Shown here in pieces: positions 38,445-49,889 of a stretch of 64,000 nucleotides of DNA. Source of the stretch: a virus; the IMG/VR virus record IMGVR_UViG_3300017917_001946, positions 4,468 to 68,467 of that record, one strand, 5' to 3'. The notes under the pieces were generated by a model. It made no database searches and had not been told where the DNA came from. It was given only the letters and a program-made list of their open reading frames with translations. A program made the translations under genes and the position numbers. Positions within the stretch are counted from its first letter, which is position 1, and every line of letters starts with the position of its first letter.

Positions 38445-41400
38445 ATGGCTGATGAACAAATAGTCACGAATATAGTCGCAACTTCGGACTTTTCAAATCT
38501 TATTACAGATCTTAATAAGGTTTCTTCAGCGTTAAGTAAATTACAGGATAAACTACAAGCAACAAATAAAACATTAGCAGCTCAAGTTGCTGTAATGAAT
38601 AGAGCATTTGCAGATACGCTTAGAAGCACTGGTCAATTCTCCACACATTTTGTTAGTTTAAGTTCAGATGTAGATAAGTTTGGACAACAGCTAGATAGGG
38701 GTCAGATCAAGCTTGGCCAGTTCTTCAGAGTATATGCACAACATGCTAAAACAAATGGCGGATTAATAAGAGATTTAGCTAAACAACAAGTACAAATGCA
38801 GAATGCAGTACTGCAACCATTAGGCAGAAATGCTGAAGGGTTAATGCAGTATAACGTTCATATACCAAGAGGAATAGATTTAATTAAGAATAAGACTGCA
38901 ATTGCAAGACAAGAATTGCAGATTATGAATAAGGTTGTTCAAGAAGGTGCTAATCAATTAATTAACTGGGGTAAAAATACTCAGTGGGCTGGACGTCAAT
39001 TAACAGTAGGATTAACAGTTCCAATGGCGGCATTTGGTAAAGCAGCAGCAGATGCATTTAGAACAGCCGATGAACAACTAGTTCGTTTAACAAAGGTTTA
39101 TGGTGGAATATCACAAACATCTAGTGCAGAATTATTAAAAGTTAGAAAAGATGTAGTAGAAACAGCACGTCAAATTTCTAAATCAATGGGATCTAGTTTT
39201 ACAGAAACAATTGGACTTGCGGCAGATATTGCAGCAACTGGAAAAACTGGAAATGAATTATTAAAATCAGTACAAGAAACAACACGCCTAGCAGTTCTTG
39301 GTGAAGTTGATAGACAAGAAGCAATGAAGGCTACCCTGGCAATTCAAACTGCTTTTAAGTCTAATACAGAAGAACTTACAGAATCAATTAACTTCCTTAA
39401 CGCAGTTGAAAACCAAACATCAACAACTCTTAATGATTTAGTAGAAGCTATTCCAAAAGCTGGACCAATTGTTAAAGGTTTAGGCGGAGACGTAAAAGAT
39501 TTAGCACTTTATTTAACTGCTATGCGTGAAGGTGGAATTAGTGCATCAGAGGGAGCTAACGCATTAAAATCTGCTCTGGCATCTTTAATTAATCCAACAA
39601 ATGTTGCAGTTGATAAATTTCAAAGTTTTGGAATTAATCTAGAAAATATTGTTCAAAAAAATGCTGGTGATACAACAGCAACAATATTAGAATTACAAGC
39701 AGCACTAGATACTTTAAATCCACTTCAAAAGCAACAGGCACTGGAACAGTTATTTGGAAAGTTTCAGTTTGCAAGAATGAATGCTTTGTTTGAAAACCTT
39801 GGAAGACAAGGAAGCCAGACTTTAGCAGTATTAGATTTAATGAAAGCAAGTAGTCAAGATCTAGCAAACTTGGCTGGTCGAGAATTAGCACAAGTAACTG
39901 AATCTGCTTCTGGTAGATATCGCAGGGCACTAGAAGGATTAAAGGCAGATCTTGCCGCAGTAGGAGATCAATTCTTAAATATTAATACTCATTTAATTAA
40001 TTTTATTGATGGAATATTAAAGTTTGTACAAAAATTACCAGACCCAATAAAGAAAATTCTTGGACTTTTAGGTATGTTTACAGCAGCAGCTGGACCACTT
40101 ATCATGTTAACTGGTGTTTTGGGTAACTTCTTCGGATACATAATTAAGGGTGTATCTCATATGAGAGCATTCTTTAAGGGTGGAGAAGGATGGAGATTAT
40201 TAACACCAGAAATATTAGCTGCTCAAAGAGCTGGAGATTTAGTAGAACAAACATTTTATAGTGATGCTAAAGCAGCTTCAATATTAAAACAAGCAATTGC
40301 TGGATTAGCAGGAGAGTTTGAAGTATTACAAAGAAAAGCTAATTTAGCAGCTACAGCTACATCAGTTGCAGTAAATCCAGGAGTTAGCACAGTTGCTGGA
40401 AATGTTGTAATGGTTGGTGGCGGACCAAGAGTAGTTAATCCAAATCATCCTTTAGTTGGTGAATCTGGAACAAGAGCAGCTGCACATCATATTCCAAGAT
40501 CTATGATGAGTGAACAAGAAAGACTTTCACAAACAATACATTCATTTACACCAGCACCAATACCTTTAAATCAAAAAATTGGTGCAGTTCCACAAATATT
40601 TACAGAAGGCGATCTTCCAAGAATTGAAGGTTTAACAACATCTAGAGGCGCATCAACTGGAATAGTTGCAGCAGAAGCTGCAAAATGGCATGCAATGATG
40701 GGTTCATTAGCAATGCTAACAAAATCAGAAGTTGCAGCACTTAAAAAAGAAATTGCTACTACTGGAACATTTACAACAGAAATTAATACTTCATTTGGAC
40801 AATTACTTCCAGCAATGACAAAATTAACAAGCAATGCGGCAGCCGAATCAGCAGCAATTGTTGCAGAATTAAGAGCTGGTAAAATCACAGTAGAAGCTGC
40901 AAAAGCAAAAATTATTGCAGTAAATGCTCAACTTGAACAATTAATGGCACAGACAACAACACAGGTTGCAGCAGATCTAGGTAGAACAGTAAATCTTACA
41001 CAGGTTCCACTTATTGATCAGCCAATTGTTAGTGGTAAAGGCAAAGCAAATATAAAAGAATTATTTAGAGCAAAACGTCCTGCTGCTGGAATTATTGATA
41101 GGATCGCTAGAGTTCTTGGAGTAAGAACATATGGTGGAGGATATTCTACCGAAACAACAATTCCTAAAAAAATGAATACTGGAGGAATTGTTCCAGGAGT
41201 CGGCAATACTGATACTTATCCAACAACTCTTCCAGAAGGAGCTTTTGTTGTAAACAAGCAATCCACTGCACAAAATATGGATATTATTTCACCAATGCTT
41301 GGAATGAATATGGGCGGACAAGTTCCAGTAATGTTAACACCTGGAGAAGCAGTAATTGATCCAATAACAGCTGCATCAAATATAGAATTACTTGAAGGCA

Positions 41401-44400
41401 TAAATTCAAGAAGAGCCTATCATACTGGAGGAGTTGTTCATGAACACCCACATAAAAGAGTTAAAGCTCACGTAAGTCAATCAAAATCTATTTCTGCTTC
41501 AGACGCAATAAAGAGCTATGGCTCTTATATGAGCGAATCGACAAAGGCCTTTGCACAAGCATATCCAGACCAACAATTACTTCTTAAAGATAATTTAACA
41601 ATAAGTTTATTAAGAGAAGAAAATGAAGCCTTAAAAGAAAGTGGCGGTAAAAGAGGATCTGGTTTAACAAAAAATCAAATGCTTTCCGCAATACAGTCTA
41701 CATCAGCTTCTGATTTATTTTCTGACTATAAAGAATTAAATCAAGCAGAAAAGCAAACATTAAAAAACAATCTTATTAAAAGTTTAAATACATTACCAAA
41801 TGATAATAAAAAATACTGGGATTCAACTTTAGCAAGTCATTTTGATGCTGCAGTAAAAACTACAGCATCATCTCTTCCTCAAGGATCACAATTTAAAGCA
41901 GCAATGGATAAGAGAAAGTCAAATCCTAGGTGGATTGGACACTCATCTTTTGAAAACCTAGCACCAAAGCCAATAGATAGACTTGGCGGAGGTAAAAAAA
42001 TGGGAGTTAAAGAGGCTAGAGCATTAGCTGGTTCAATAACTGTACCAACATGGTATACAGATCAATCTGGAAAAGCGACAGTATTAATTCCAGGCGGTAA
42101 AAAAGGAAGCTATACACATTCAAGTGGAGCTTCTACTCAATTAAAACAAGCATTATGGAAACCAACTTTGCCACAATCACTTCCTCCAATGGAAGGTAAA
42201 TTTAATAAAGCAGTTCGTGGAATTGATCCAAACATGTACTCTATTGCATCGCATGGAAGAAAAACAAATCTTGGAATGCCTTTAAAAAAATTGGGTCGTG
42301 GCTGGGAAAATCCTAGATATGTTGCACCAGATCCTTTAAGACAGGCATTAAAATTTAATTGGGGTCGTCATAATCAAGGCGGATTAGTTGGTGGATTAAG
42401 ACCAGCACGTAGACAATATAATGCTGGAGGCATGGTAGCATCTACATTGATGAGTTTACTTGGATACCAAGGAGGAGCAGCCCTAGGTTCTAGATTTGGT
42501 GGAGAAACTGGATCATTTATTGGTGGAGCTTTGGGCTCCATGGCACCAATGATGATGATGGGTGGAAGAGGAAGAGGTTTAGCAAAAGGATCAGAAGAGG
42601 CATACGGATTTTATAGTGGAAAACTAGACAAGTCTATAGTAGGTAATGCTAAATTTGCAACATCATTAGCAAATACAGCAGCACAAGGATCTAAGGTTTC
42701 TAAAGTTCTTATGGGTGTTGTAGGCGGACTAACAAAAACTAATTTAGCATTAGCAGCAGTTACAACAGCAGCAGTTGTAGGATACAAGGCTTGGCAAAAC
42801 CATAAAGAAGGACTTAGATTAAATGCATTAACTTATGGAATGACTGCTGAAGCTGCACAAAAAGCTGGACTTCAATTTACAGATTATAACGCCAAAATAA
42901 AAGATTCAATTAATAATATAAAGGCTGTTACAGAAAGAAATAAACTTCTTTACGAAAGCATGGCAAGTGCTGGTAAGCCAATAAAGATGACAATCGAAGA
43001 ATACAAGAAGTTAAGAAAAGAAGTTAAATCTACAATGTCTGATTATGTAGAAGCTATTAGTAGATCTAAAAATAGCGATCTCTCAGCCCTTGCACAAAGA
43101 TTAAAAACTGAATTTATTGCAGCAGGAATGTCTGCAGATGAAGCTGCTAAAAAGATTTATATGGCATTTACATTATCAAATAAATCTGCACAAGCTGCTG
43201 CAGCAACAGTTGGAAATATTAACTTTAATAATATAGTAGACGCTCAAACTGCTGTAACAAATGCAATGCAATCATTTAATAAAGCAACACAATTTGAAAA
43301 TGCAACAACTCAAGCAAGATCACTAAATACAGCACTAACATCTGTTGATGCAAGTCTTGAAGAAATTGTATCAAATAGTAAAAAGAAGGCTGACGCAGAC
43401 AAGACTGGTAAAACAGAAGTTATTGACAGATATACTGCAGAAAAACAAATGATGTCTCAAATTAACTCTAACGTTAAAAATCAGAAAACACTTACTACAG
43501 AACTTATAAATGAACTTGCTAAACAAAATCCTTTAATAAGAGACTTTGCATCTACACAAGATACAGTCTTAAGTTTATGGATGAAAATGAGATTAGCAGC
43601 TCAAGGGTACACTGGCGATTTGCAAATGAGTGCTAAACAAATGGAAGCATTTTATGAGATGTATAATAGAATTGCTTCTACTGTAGAAACAGAAAATAAA
43701 AAAGGTGCATTAAAGTCACAGTATGTTGAATTAGATAGATTAAAAACTGCAATTAATAAAGCAGCGACTGCTGCTAAGGGTCAATCAGTACAACAACAAA
43801 TTGATTCAAAGAAAGCAATTCAAGCAATTGATGATAGAATTGCAAAAATTAAAGAAGAGGCAGATGCAAGAAGAAAAGCGCTGTCTCAACAACAACAAGA
43901 TGAAGATGTATTAACACAAATAAAGAAAAAACAATTAGAGTATCAAGAGGCTTTATCTTCTGGAAATATGTCTGGAGCAGCACAAGCTCAACTTGACATA
44001 CAATCATTAACTAGACAACAGCAGGTAACTCAAGCAACAAGAGCCATTGATGAAAAAGAAGCAATGGATATTAAAAAGCTTCAGGCTCAAAGAGATGCTT
44101 TATCAAAGAAAACAGAAGACTTAGCAAATAATGCAGCAAAGGCTGGGGAATCTTTAGCGTCGCTTACAAATAAATTCAATGATCTAATAGGAAAAATTGA
44201 ATCATATAATCAGGCTATAACTAACTATAAAGCAAAACAAGATTCTGGTGAAAAAATTACTGATGGAGATGCTGCCGCTGTTGTATCTGGTGCAAAAGCA
44301 TTAGGAATGCAACTACCAGAAGGAACAAAATCTTATGTAGAAACTCCAGGACGTAGAGGAAGGCCTTCATACAGAGATAAGACACCACTGGAGCTTGCTC

Positions 44401-44942
44401 AGGATTATATGCCAACAACTTTAAATAAAGCATTAGAGGCAGATAAAGTTTATATTAATGCAAAAAGCATTGTAACAGGCGAATCAGCATCTCAAAAGTC
44501 ACAAGGTATTTCAGTAACAAGAAGTTATGGTGCAAGAGGGTATACTTCTTATCAAGCACCTAGCAAATCACTTGTAGATCAAGGAATTAATCTTTCATAC
44601 GGAGCAACATTTGTAGATAGCACTGGTAAAAAGTATAGAATTATTGGTGAGCCAAATAGAGCTGGATTTGTTCAAGTATCACCATTTGCAAGAGGCGGTC
44701 TTGTAAGAATGCCTAATACTGCAAGAATGTCTAATCCACAAATTAATTCTCCAAGGGCTGGATATGCATCAGGCGGAACAGTATACTCTGGAAGAGGATC
44801 TTCATCTTCATCAGTTGTTATTAATACACTATCAATTGAATTCCCTAATAGTCCAGCAAATGCTAAAGAATTTTATGCTCAAATTAAAGAAATTGCAAGA
44901 CAAGAAGGAACAAAGGTCTTGTCTGGAGGGAAAGCGGTCTAA
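38445..44942 (+). CDS. Tape measure protein (TP901-type core), 2165 aa
   Basis: NWGKNTQWAGRQL, NFLNAVENQT, EGANALKS; long Ala/Gln-rich helices; position after chaperones. Confidence 0.92.
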   Translation: MADEQIVTNIVATSDFSNLITDLNKVSSALSKLQDKLQATNKTLAAQVAVMNRAFADTLRSTGQFSTHFVSLSSDVDKFGQQLDRGQIKLGQFFRVYAQHAKTNGGLIRDLAKQQVQMQNAVLQPLGRNAEGLMQYNVHIPRGIDLIKNKTAIARQELQIMNKVVQEGANQLINWGKNTQWAGRQLTVGLTVPMAAFGKAAADAFRTADEQLVRLTKVYGGISQTSSAELLKVRKDVVETARQISKSMGSSFTETIGLAADIAATGKTGNELLKSVQETTRLAVLGEVDRQEAMKATLAIQTAFKSNTEELTESINFLNAVENQTSTTLNDLVEAIPKAGPIVKGLGGDVKDLALYLTAMREGGISASEGANALKSALASLINPTNVAVDKFQSFGINLENIVQKNAGDTTATILELQAALDTLNPLQKQQALEQLFGKFQFARMNALFENLGRQGSQTLAVLDLMKASSQDLANLAGRELAQVTESASGRYRRALEGLKADLAAVGDQFLNINTHLINFIDGILKFVQKLPDPIKKILGLLGMFTAAAGPLIMLTGVLGNFFGYIIKGVSHMRAFFKGGEGWRLLTPEILAAQRAGDLVEQTFYSDAKAASILKQAIAGLAGEFEVLQRKANLAATATSVAVNPGVSTVAGNVVMVGGGPRVVNPNHPLVGESGTRAAAHHIPRSMMSEQERLSQTIHSFTPAPIPLNQKIGAVPQIFTEGDLPRIEGLTTSRGASTGIVAAEAAKWHAMMGSLAMLTKSEVAALKKEIATTGTFTTEINTSFGQLLPAMTKLTSNAAAESAAIVAELRAGKITVEAAKAKIIAVNAQLEQLMAQTTTQVAADLGRTVNLTQVPLIDQPIVSGKGKANIKELFRAKRPAAGIIDRIARVLGVRTYGGGYSTETTIPKKMNTGGIVPGVGNTDTYPTTLPEGAFVVNKQSTAQNMDIISPMLGMNMGGQVPVMLTPGEAVIDPITAASNIELLEGINSRRAYHTGGVVHEHPHKRVKAHVSQSKSISASDAIKSYGSYMSESTKAFAQAYPDQQLLLKDNLTISLLREENEALKESGGKRGSGLTKNQMLSAIQSTSASDLFSDYKELNQAEKQTLKNNLIKSLNTLPNDNKKYWDSTLASHFDAAVKTTASSLPQGSQFKAAMDKRKSNPRWIGHSSFENLAPKPIDRLGGGKKMGVKEARALAGSITVPTWYTDQSGKATVLIPGGKKGSYTHSSGASTQLKQALWKPTLPQSLPPMEGKFNKAVRGIDPNMYSIASHGRKTNLGMPLKKLGRGWENPRYVAPDPLRQALKFNWGRHNQGGLVGGLRPARRQYNAGGMVASTLMSLLGYQGGAALGSRFGGETGSFIGGALGSMAPMMMMGGRGRGLAKGSEEAYGFYSGKLDKSIVGNAKFATSLANTAAQGSKVSKVLMGVVGGLTKTNLALAAVTTAAVVGYKAWQNHKEGLRLNALTYGMTAEAAQKAGLQFTDYNAKIKDSINNIKAVTERNKLLYESMASAGKPIKMTIEEYKKLRKEVKSTMSDYVEAISRSKNSDLSALAQRLKTEFIAAGMSADEAAKKIYMAFTLSNKSAQAAAATVGNINFNNIVDAQTAVTNAMQSFNKATQFENATTQARSLNTALTSVDASLEEIVSNSKKKADADKTGKTEVIDRYTAEKQMMSQINSNVKNQKTLTTELINELAKQNPLIRDFASTQDTVLSLWMKMRLAAQGYTGDLQMSAKQMEAFYEMYNRIASTVETENKKGALKSQYVELDRLKTAINKAATAAKGQSVQQQIDSKKAIQAIDDRIAKIKEEADARRKALSQQQQDEDVLTQIKKKQLEYQEALSSGNMSGAAQAQLDIQSLTRQQQVTQATRAIDEKEAMDIKKLQAQRDALSKKTEDLANNAAKAGESLASLTNKFNDLIGKIESYNQAITNYKAKQDSGEKITDGDAAAVVSGAKALGMQLPEGTKSYVETPGRRGRPSYRDKTPLELAQDYMPTTLNKALEADKVYINAKSIVTGESASQKSQGISVTRSYGARGYTSYQAPSKSLVDQGINLSYGATFVDSTGKKYRIIGEPNRAGFVQVSPFARGGLVRMPNTARMSNPQINSPRAGYASGGTVYSGRGSSSSSVVINTLSIEFPNSPANAKEFYAQIKEIARQEGTKVLSGGKAV

Positions 44943-45400
44943 TGTCAACAATATATCTTCCAGTAGGATCCGTACTTTATTTAAACTCTAATATTAAACT
45001 ATCAGAGCATAATCGTCAGCCTGTATCAATAGGTAAAACTAGAATTGAACAAACTAAAAGAATGAACAATGGTCTAATGCGTAAGTTCTTTATTGCAGAA
45101 AAAGAAACAATTAGCGTTTCTTGGAATATGCTTCCATCATTTTCAACAATGACTGTAGATGGCGGTTATGGAGCAGTAGACCTAAAGGCATTTTATGAGG
45201 GAGTTGCATCAAAAGCAGCTGGAGCATTATCTGGAAGATCCACATTTGATGTATCAATATCATATGGTAATACTGTTAAGAATATGGAAATGATGTTCAC
45301 AAGCTGCTCATTTGAAATTGTTAAAAGAAATGTAAAGGAACAAACAACAGACTCTCCACAAGAATTTTGGAACGTATCTATATCAATGGAAGAGATATAA
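44942..45400 (+). CDS. Distal tail-like protein
   Basis: LSEHNR, RM.NG.MR, WNVSISMEE; follows tape measure. Confidence 0.65.
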   Translation: MSTIYLPVGSVLYLNSNIKLSEHNRQPVSIGKTRIEQTKRMNNGLMRKFFIAEKETISVSWNMLPSFSTMTVDGGYGAVDLKAFYEGVASKAAGALSGRSTFDVSISYGNTVKNMEMMFTSCSFEIVKRNVKEQTTDSPQEFWNVSISMEEI

Positions 45401-48400
45401 TGATAAATTCAACAACAGCATTACAAAATTTATTTAAACAACAGAAATCAATTACTGTAAATGCTGGCTGCGAAATTGAATATAACATGAATTCCTTAAT
45501 AGATGGAATTACTGTTGTGTCTGCAACTCCAGACTCTTCTTATACTTCACAAATTAATGGATGGCCAACTGGAAAAGCTAACCCATATAAAAAATTATTT
45601 CCAGTAGATTCTGTTGTTAAACCATTTAGACCACTTCAGTCTGGTATCAAATATGTAGTTCTTTTACCAAACGATACGCTAGCAAATACTTTTTCTCCGT
45701 TCAGAGCTTTGCAATATCCATCATCACAGCCAAGATTATATTATCCAGGCGTTACCACGCAGTATAAATATTGGCTTGGAGCAAAAAATACTAATGCTAA
45801 TATTACTATTAATTATTTAACAACTGGTTTAAATGGAAATAAGGCTGCATTAGCAAATAAGATAGTTATTAGATTTGAAAAGTATCATCAAATTCCAACT
45901 ACTTATTCTGTTACAATTACTAAGTCAGACAACTCAATACAAACAGTAGGTCCGTTTGCAACACCATCTAATGGAAATATTCAGTTAAATTATAACGGAA
46001 CAACCTGGACAGACCATGCTCTATCAGAACCAATATCATATGCAACACCAATATTAATTAAATCAATTAATTTAGTTGCTACTAATCCAAATTTAGGCGG
46101 AGCAATAGGAGTAATTGAAGTATCTGCTAGACTAGTTAAAGATATATCTGCAGACGTAGTAACATTTGATATAACAAAAGAATCATCTTCATCAACAGAA
46201 GATATACTTCCAGTTGGATCTGTAACAGCAAATAGCTTAAATTTAAATTTAGTCAAATATAATCAGACTACACTGCAGACAGTTGCATATAACAGACAGT
46301 CTACCTCGTTTGATTCATCTTTAATTTATATGGCAAAAAATGTTGAGGTTCGTCCATTTTTTAAAGTATACCATTCTGGAGCAACAACAGTTGCTGGTTC
46401 ATATGATAAAGTGGGTCAGGGCACATATTACATTAATGATTTTAATATAGACTCATATGGCGACACAATGGTATTTGCACTAGACGGCTCTAAATATTTA
46501 ATGGATACACTATGTCCAGATATTGTTTGTGAGTTTTATCCAGTAACAGCAATATTAAGAAGACTATTAGATTCAGTAGGATTTACAAGTTATAATTTTA
46601 ATTTACATGCCACATCAGAAACATCAATTCCTCAAATAAATTACTGGTGGACAGATGATACTAAAACTGTATGGGAATCAATACAGGAACTATGCCGTGA
46701 CATTCAAATGAATGCATTCTTTGACGAGAATAATGTTTTACAATTCTATAGCAGAGACTATATTTATGATAATCAGCAAGCAGCAGTATGGAATTTTTAT
46801 AATGAGCAAGAAGGCTCTACACTGCCAAATATAGTTGACTTTACACAAAAAGATATTGTAGCAGCAAATTATGTAAAAGTTTTGTGGGAGTCAGCACTAA
46901 CCTCTAACTACCTTGGCACATCTGGAAAACTTTGGATAGCCCCAACTTCATTTTTAAGTTCTGGCGGATTACTAAAATCATTAACAGCTTATGACACGGA
47001 GTTTGTAGTAGATACAAAAACTATTGATGCTTACTCTCAACAGCAATCATTTTATAACTATTCTGGATTTGTTTTGATTGATTCTGAAATTATAGAATAT
47101 GACGCAATAGAATATGATTGTACATTATTAAATGGTTCAAAACAATATATATGGATTAAGTCTGAATCTGATGTAAATAAATACAGATCATTATGTAAGC
47201 CAGGATATGCAAATGTAAACAATCCTGCAGATACAGCATACTTTAAACCAAGTGGTAAGTATAGAGTAAAAACCAGAGGAGCTCTTGGAACAGTTGCAGC
47301 ACCACATTCAACTGGAAATGAAAATTTAGGAAATTGGACAGCAAGAGAAGTGACATGGGATAGCAAGGCTGGATCAACATCTGGATCGCTAGTCCCACCA
47401 TCAGGACTTGATTTTAACTATAACGTTTTGCCAAAACAAATAGACTTAACAAGCGTTGAACTAGATTTTGTTGAACCATCTATAACACCAACATCATACG
47501 TAGTATCAGTTCAAAAATTAACATCTACTGGAGCAAATGATGGTGCAGCTATAACATTGCCAGCATTTACAAGCACCCCACCATTATTAATAGAAAACTT
47601 ATTCCCAGGATCAAAATATAAATTTAGAGTTACTCCTAAAAACGGTGCAGTATCTGGAAATTACATTGAAAGTGGAATATTTACAATGAGTACTGTTTCA
47701 TATAACGGAACAATATCTTCTAACCCAGTAAGTGCAACAGTTCTCACACCTGGAAAATCTTATTTTAAATTAACAAACGCAAACACGTCTAAAGATAAAT
47801 ATGTAATGGCATATAGAGATTTCCCTGGAATGAATTTAACATCTTCAGTTTCAAACAATAGTTATCCATCATACTCTTATGCTCCACAAACATATGGCGA
47901 GACCTATTATGCATTTGGAACAAGCGTGTTTTTAGATGCTGCAATAAATTCTAACTCTGCTTCAGCTGGCCTAGGATTCTTTGTTGCAGATTCAGGTAAG
48001 GCTGGCTATTTTGTAGTTATAGAAACAACAAAGTCTTCTACTGCAAAAGAAACTAAATCTATTAGAATATTAAAAGCAGACGGAACAGGAATAGTTGTTT
48101 TGGCTGATTCACAAAGAACTGCATCAGCTACTTTTGAAGGAGTATATGGCGGAACTCAATATAATTTAGACGTAAGAGTTAAAGTGGATGGCGACGATGT
48201 TGAGATTAATGCTTATGTAAATGGATTTAAGATTACAGCAACCGACTCAAATTCAATGTATAATGACACAGAAGTTAATAAAATTTTAAATTTAACAAAG
48301 TCAGTTGCTGTAGTATGTGGAAGTGGCCAGGTTGCCTTTGACTATGTATATGCAACAGATCTTGCAAAAACAAAATATGAACAATCTGTAGTAGACCCTA

Positions 48401-49053
48401 ATTTATATTTAGCACAATTTTCAAATGATCTTTTAGAGATGTCATTTGGCGATTTAATATATGATAGTCAAAATACGGAAAATACTTTAAAGCCTCAAAC
48501 CATAGATGATTTTGGTACAGTAGTTAGAGAAATATATCATGTTAAAACTAAACTGAATTCAAGACCAGCATTCCCTATAAGATGGTCAACTGGAAGCAAT
48601 AGGTCAGTAAATCTTATAGGTCAAAGAATATCTAATTTCGATGCAGAGGCATATGTTTTAAATAATACTTCAACTACCGTTCCATTAAGTAATGGCGGGG
48701 AAGCCGTATTATATATATTTGGAAATGATATATCTTCTTCAGGAACGCTTGAATACTCTACAGATGATAGTGCAGAATACGCAAATAAAGAGCCAGTAAT
48801 ATTTGAATCTAAGTGGTTACAAAACGAATATGATGTAAAGCAACTAGCTAACTTTATTAAAAGCAAAGCAATTAATAAGGGTAAAGTTATTAACATGCAA
48901 GTATTTGGCAATCCACTTCTTTCAGTAGGAGATATAGTAACTGTTAAATATACGTATCAGGGTCTACAGGGTCTTGAAAAAATGATAATAACAAACGTCA
49001 ATCAATCTTTTGAGGAAGGGATAAATACATCAATTACATGCAGAACTTTGTAG
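45400..49053 (+). CDS. Tail tip/hub protein with an FN3 domain
   Basis: VWESIQEL..Q..FFDE..LQF; FN3-like IENLFPGSKYKFRVTP; C-terminal GNPLL.VGDIV.V. Confidence 0.7.
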   Translation: MINSTTALQNLFKQQKSITVNAGCEIEYNMNSLIDGITVVSATPDSSYTSQINGWPTGKANPYKKLFPVDSVVKPFRPLQSGIKYVVLLPNDTLANTFSPFRALQYPSSQPRLYYPGVTTQYKYWLGAKNTNANITINYLTTGLNGNKAALANKIVIRFEKYHQIPTTYSVTITKSDNSIQTVGPFATPSNGNIQLNYNGTTWTDHALSEPISYATPILIKSINLVATNPNLGGAIGVIEVSARLVKDISADVVTFDITKESSSSTEDILPVGSVTANSLNLNLVKYNQTTLQTVAYNRQSTSFDSSLIYMAKNVEVRPFFKVYHSGATTVAGSYDKVGQGTYYINDFNIDSYGDTMVFALDGSKYLMDTLCPDIVCEFYPVTAILRRLLDSVGFTSYNFNLHATSETSIPQINYWWTDDTKTVWESIQELCRDIQMNAFFDENNVLQFYSRDYIYDNQQAAVWNFYNEQEGSTLPNIVDFTQKDIVAANYVKVLWESALTSNYLGTSGKLWIAPTSFLSSGGLLKSLTAYDTEFVVDTKTIDAYSQQQSFYNYSGFVLIDSEIIEYDAIEYDCTLLNGSKQYIWIKSESDVNKYRSLCKPGYANVNNPADTAYFKPSGKYRVKTRGALGTVAAPHSTGNENLGNWTAREVTWDSKAGSTSGSLVPPSGLDFNYNVLPKQIDLTSVELDFVEPSITPTSYVVSVQKLTSTGANDGAAITLPAFTSTPPLLIENLFPGSKYKFRVTPKNGAVSGNYIESGIFTMSTVSYNGTISSNPVSATVLTPGKSYFKLTNANTSKDKYVMAYRDFPGMNLTSSVSNNSYPSYSYAPQTYGETYYAFGTSVFLDAAINSNSASAGLGFFVADSGKAGYFVVIETTKSSTAKETKSIRILKADGTGIVVLADSQRTASATFEGVYGGTQYNLDVRVKVDGDDVEINAYVNGFKITATDSNSMYNDTEVNKILNLTKSVAVVCGSGQVAFDYVYATDLAKTKYEQSVVDPNLYLAQFSNDLLEMSFGDLIYDSQNTENTLKPQTIDDFGTVVREIYHVKTKLNSRPAFPIRWSTGSNRSVNLIGQRISNFDAEAYVLNNTSTTVPLSNGGEAVLYIFGNDISSSGTLEYSTDDSAEYANKEPVIFESKWLQNEYDVKQLANFIKSKAINKGKVINMQVFGNPLLSVGDIVTVKYTYQGLQGLEKMIITNVNQSFEEGINTSITCRTL

Positions 49054-49077
49054 TTGACCAAATGGTATAATAATAAA

Positions 49078-49878
49078 ATGGCAAAGCAACCAATTCCAAA
49101 TAGAATCCCTACTAAAAAAGTTACTAGGGATCTTCCTTTAATTTTAGACTCAAATAGTAGAGACCTGCTTTGGCTAAGAGCGGATGAAGTAATAGTTAAA
49201 GAAAGCACTGGATATGCTTATAGCAAATATATTGGAGGGCCTTCTGTCCCACCTGGAGACGGCAATGTAGATGGAGATAATAATGGCGTAGGAGATGGAC
49301 TACCAGAAATAGATACAGTCGACATGACTGATATTGAAAGCATAACATTTGAAGAATATGTAGATCCTTCTACTAAAATAACAAAATATAATTGTATGAT
49401 TAAAATTAGAAACGGTAGTAAAAGCGCAGCAAGCGTTGTTGGTGTAGATGCAAGAATTTATGATTCTGCTTCATCATCGTATGCGGCTTCAACAGCAGAA
49501 GCAAATACAAACAATAGTCCAGAATTTGTTACCCCAACGCCATCAGTCCCATCAGTAATATTTGATAGAACTGGAACAACTGGAGTTTCATGGGGATGGA
49601 ACGACGTCTCTGGATTTGGATCGTATTCTACAATTGCATATGAATGGATAATTTCAACATCACAAACTGGCGGAACTGTAGTAAGTCAGGGAACAAAAAC
49701 ATATCCTTCTACTTCATACTACGGAATTGGTGATAGTGGTAAAACCAAACAATATAAAATTAGCTCTTCACAAGGAGACACGCCACCTTCTTCATCTGCA
49801 AGATGGCTAAAAGTTAGGGCAGTAGTAACTGGAACAAATGGTAAAAAATACTATTCTAGTTATTCAACGCCAATTTAA
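49078..49878 (+). CDS. Minor tail protein
   Basis: ATG 7 nt after TGGTATAAT; FN3-like C-terminal half. Confidence 0.6.
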   Translation: MAKQPIPNRIPTKKVTRDLPLILDSNSRDLLWLRADEVIVKESTGYAYSKYIGGPSVPPGDGNVDGDNNGVGDGLPEIDTVDMTDIESITFEEYVDPSTKITKYNCMIKIRNGSKSAASVVGVDARIYDSASSSYAASTAEANTNNSPEFVTPTPSVPSVIFDRTGTTGVSWGWNDVSGFGSYSTIAYEWIISTSQTGGTVVSQGTKTYPSTSYYGIGDSGKTKQYKISSSQGDTPPSSSARWLKVRAVVTGTNGKKYYSSYSTPI

Positions 49879-49889
49879 TAGGAGATAAA

